A stretch of DNA of 64,000 nucleotides from Setoptus koraiensis (Eukaryota > Animalia > Arthropoda): positions 20,398,001-20,462,000 of the forward strand of contig CM106586.1 of assembly GCA_048013815.1 (NCBI GenBank), written 5' to 3'. This document shows, piece after piece, positions 60,446 through 64,000 of the stretch. A program made the position numbers and the translations under genes. Each line of letters begins with the position of its first letter. Within the stretch, counting starts at the first letter, position 1. The notes under the pieces are model-generated. The model was not told the origin of the DNA. It did no database searches and saw only the letters and a list, made by a program, of their open reading frames with translations.

Positions 60446-61870
60446 GTCTGGTGAGTGTTTGTGGTGTGTCAGTCGGGCAGATTATTGTAGTTTATCCGCT
60501 GTCGAAGAGAGTCTTTTCGAGGAATGCGCTGCCGAGGAATGCGCTGTCTGAGAATGTGCGTTTCCGAAGAATGTGTTGTCGTGGAAGCAATCGTTTGTTG
60601 CTGGCGCTGCTTGTGCGCAACAGGCCAACAGGTGATCGGAATCGGCGAACAATTGATCGGCTTCGAAATGTGACGCAAACGATAGTCGCTTCTTCGCTGG
60701 CTCACTTACTGGCTTGTTGTCTTGTTGTTTTGCTGGCTTGCTGCTGAACGGTACGGCACGCACAGTGGCGGCTATCAGTGTCGCCGATCTCTGACAAGGG
60801 CTGAGTAGGTCAGAGGTTGTGCTGCGGTCGTCGGAAGAGCGGATACCTTTCTCGCTGCGCTTGTGTGTTGTTGTTGTTGTCGACTTGTGTCGCTCGGATA
60901 TTGCGAATTATCTTGTGTTCGCAAGCACAGGTAACCGACAGGTAAGTCAAGCGGGCACGAATTGAGACGTTGCTGGCCGCGCTGTGCGATTGTGTTGTGT
61001 GATTTGTTGTGCGCGAATATGAGTGCTTTTCTTCAATTTCTTCTTCTATTATTTCTCTTCTGCTGCCGTCTGGCTGATAGGATAACTGGCTGGCTGATTG
61101 GATAACTGGCCGGCTTATTGGTTGACTGGCGGCGGCGGCTGGAGGTCGCAGCCAGTTGTTCTTTTCGGGTTGTTGTGTCGGAACGGCGCTCTTCTTTTTG
61201 TTGCTGGCAGCGGCACGTAACAGGTTGCTGTTGTCGACGATCGAGATTAACTGCGAGCTTAATTGGCCACAGCAACGCTCGTTTCATTAATTGCTCTCGT
61301 TCGATAATAATAGCCTTATTCTTCTTCTGGTGACGACACTGCTAATTATAATTCGCTACAACTGTTGCCAGTTCCTGACCGAGGAATAAAATAAATTATT
61401 ATAAATAACAAAACTGCCGCTGTTGCTGCTGCTGTTGTTGTTGCTGTTTTTGTTACTGCTGCTGTTGTCGTTGCTGCCGACCAGTATTGGCCTGTTCGCC
61501 AGGTGAGTTGTCTCTCAATTGTGTGTGCCGTGCACAAGAATTGTTGCCAGAGAAGCCCGAGAGAAGCCAGCGACCAACTGCCACAACAGAGCAGTATCAG
61601 CGGCTCGTTACTGCAACGCCTTGACCACAGAAACGTGTGTGTGTGTGCGTTCGAAGAGGAATCTCGAGTTTCGAACAGAGAACAGAGAACTTCTGTGAGA
61701 GAAGCGCAGCGAACAGCCAACGAAGAACGGCCAGTTCGAAGCCCATTCGAATTCGAAGCGGCCGAGAAGCCTTGGAGGCGCGCATGCGCACCTCGGGCGC
61801 GAGCAAATTCAAATGCGCGAGGGGCGGCCATTCCGTCGGCACTGGTCATGGCTATTTCTATCTCGAATGG

Positions 61871-61927
61871 CTTCTCCGGCTTCAGCTCGCTTCTCCGGCT
61901 TCAGCTCGCTTCTCCGGCTTCAACTCG
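61871..61927. repeat. 19-bp tandem repeat, 3 copies (CTTCTCCGGCTTCAGCTCG)
   Basis: Direct reading. Confidence 0.9.
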
Positions 61928-63540
61928 CTAACCAAACACACTTGCGCTGGCTAGGCGCGTATTGTTCGCCCTTCGACAATTGAACTTCGCCGGCCGACAA
62001 GCCTCGTTTTCGCGATGCCAATCTAAACAAATCGCTTGGGCTTGATTAGAGAGCGTCACTGTTTGCGAACGCAATTAATTCCTCGCCGCACACAACAAGC
62101 GGTCGTTTGGTGGCTTTGTTGAAATTGTTAGAAATTGCAATTCGAGATTACGACGACGGCGAGCGACCGACCGAAGCCGGCAACGAAAGTGAACCGACCG
62201 GCGTGCCTTATGGTGCGCGCGTCTGGCGTGCCTTACGGCGGCCCGTCCGACAAGTGGCGAGCTTTGTTTTCGTAGCGACGGCCACAGCGACGAGACAATC
62301 CAGACTGAGAGATGAGACAAGCCAGACTGAGAGATGATACCAGCGACTCGACGAGACCACCGCAAGGCTGTCTGTGGTTGCCGCTGCCGCCGCTGATACT
62401 CGCTGAGAACCCCTGCCAGCCGTCGCTCGGGCTAGGCCGGCCGTCGCTCGGGCAACGCCGGCCGTCGCAACCCGGCGAGGCGGCGCGAAGGAGCGAGCCG
62501 AGCGACTGTCATGACAATTGTCGTTAATTGAATTAGTTTGTCGGCCGGCCGCTATTGTCAGCGGCTGGCGTCGCTGGCACAGGTAAAGGCAACAGGTAAC
62601 AAACGGCAACAGGTAACAAACAGCAACGGGTAACGGCAGCAGTGCCGGTACAGCGCGGGCGGCCGCTCGCTTGCGGAGGAGGCCGCATTGTGGCCGCATT
62701 GTGCCGTTTCGTGGACTCTCTGGCGAGTTGGCGAGCTGGCGGCTGGCGATCGCTGGCGTGTTTGCACGGCCGGCCAGCCCGACATCCCATCACCGGCCGT
62801 GCAAACAATGGCCTCTCTGGTGGCTGGCGTTTCGGCTTGATTGTTATCGCCGCCCGCTAATGACGATCGCACGACCACGACATCGCGCTCGCTTGCGTCA
62901 TTTATCTCCATTGTATCTGCGCATGCCTCTCAATGTTTGTTCTCGCGATTTTTATTCTTGTAATTTTTATCCTCGCCAGTTTTATCCTCTCAATTTTTAT
63001 CCGACGTTTAGCGCTCGATGGAGCGGCGGCAGCGACGCGCAACAGGTTGCTCGTTCGCGGCCGGTCAAGCCGACCGTGCAAATGACCGCGTTGTTCCAAG
63101 TCACCAACTGACCAGTCGCCAACCGACTCGCAACAGTCGCCAGCTCGCAGTCTGGCGGCGCGATTGCAAACTGCGCCGTGTCCCGTTACAGTTTGCAATT
63201 AATGCGCCTAATAGCGTTACGTGGTCGGCTGGCGTTGATCACCGATAACGGGTTGATGAGCCGTTTGTCGGGCAAGTGGCACCGTTACGTAACGCAATGT
63301 ATCATGCACGCCTGTTGTGCCATATGGCTGCTGCTTGTGCCGCCGCTGATGCAATTGTTATGCAAATAAGCCGGCTTGTCCGAACGGCCAGCTATTTGCC
63401 AGTTTGCTGTTGTTGTTGTTGTTTGCCTGCTGTCAATCATGCCAAGAGTTTTGAGATTTGATTTTGCTCATCAGCGCCGCCAGTGCCACTGTCACTGCCA
63501 CTCGTTTGGCTTCTGGCCGCCGCCGCCGGCCTGTTCACCA

Positions 63541-63648
63541 TTGCTCACCTGTCCGCTATTACTCACCTGTCCGCTATTGCTCACCTGTTCAATGTTAGCC
63601 GACTGTTCAATGTTACTCACCTGTTCAATATTGCTCACTTGTTCAGCG
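63541..63648. repeat. 18-bp minisatellite, 6 copies, with a CTCACCTGT core
   Basis: Units TT(G/A)CTCACCTGTYCRMT(A/G) start at 63541, 63559, 63577, 63595 (degenerate), 63613 and 63631. Confidence 0.9.
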
Positions 63649-64000
63649 TTGCTCTTCAATGGCTGTTCGGTGTGATTGGCCGACTGGATGGTGGCGAGAT
63701 GACCCACTCACACACAAAAACACTTGTCATCTGTAAATTATTATGATTGCGCCACCTGACTGCGCTTGCTGTGTTGTGTTTGCTAACAAGATAAGATGTG
63801 TAATTTATGATAATTTAAGATGGCCTGACCTCAATCGGCGGCGCATTATGCGCCGCTCGGGCAGCTCGGGCCGCGCTCAGGCTCGGGCCCGTCCGTTCGT
63901 TCGTTTCATGCGCACTGTCCGTACCGATGATGATTTGATCGCCGTCATGAGTGCCAGCAGCGACAAACGACGAGCCGGCCGAGACGCCAGCGAAGGCGCC

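Noticed and set aside
1-64000. CRISPR arrays, intact transposases, rRNA, snRNA or known miRNA hairpins
   Set aside because: The tandem repeats have no unique spacers, I saw no RT/DDE/integrase motifs, and I recognised no match to the snRNA or mature miRNA sequences I checked from memory. The scan was not exhaustive.

Overview
Eukaryotic (animal) genomic DNA, most likely a chelicerate and probably an acariform mite. That assignment is an inference from a chelicerate-type small Lys/Pro-rich secreted peptide, compact intron-poor housekeeping genes and very dense AAC/TG/ATT microsatellites. The window has two compartments: GC-rich, repeat-laden large-intron regulatory DNA (about 1-14 kb, 24-30 kb, 60.5-64 kb) and AT-rich gene-dense blocks. 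Genes I can support: a fasciclin (FAS1)-domain gene (4 exons rebuilt by hand, 5' end unresolved), UBE2W, an orphan protein with six 17-aa DPxY helical repeats, three orphan or small secreted proteins, tRNA-Ala(TGC), an RRM+CCCH protein with a recent 597-bp internal duplication, IER3IP1/Yos1, an SLC26 (prestin-like) anion transporter, tRNA-Glu(CTC), a Q-rich protein ending in an LxxLL box (p160/Taiman-like, no bHLH-PAS), a RING/B-box-less lin-41/TRIM71, MCM3, the 3' half of METTL3 (cut by a 500-N gap), NRBF2 and Tmhs/LHFPL. The most striking observation is that the lin-41 coding sequence, not its 3' UTR, carries two perfect let-7 8mer seed sites 29 nt apart at the edge of a ~185-aa insertion in the first NHL blade, plus a third let-7 7mer and a lin-4/miR-125 8mer. 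Other leads: AC-rich 3' splice sites with no polypyrimidine tract, homotypic TALE and Scratch/Snail-type motif clusters, and an unexplained GC-rich hairpin island at 37.4-37.8 kb. No transposase, viral gene or CRISPR array was recognised. All calls come from manual reading without database searches.
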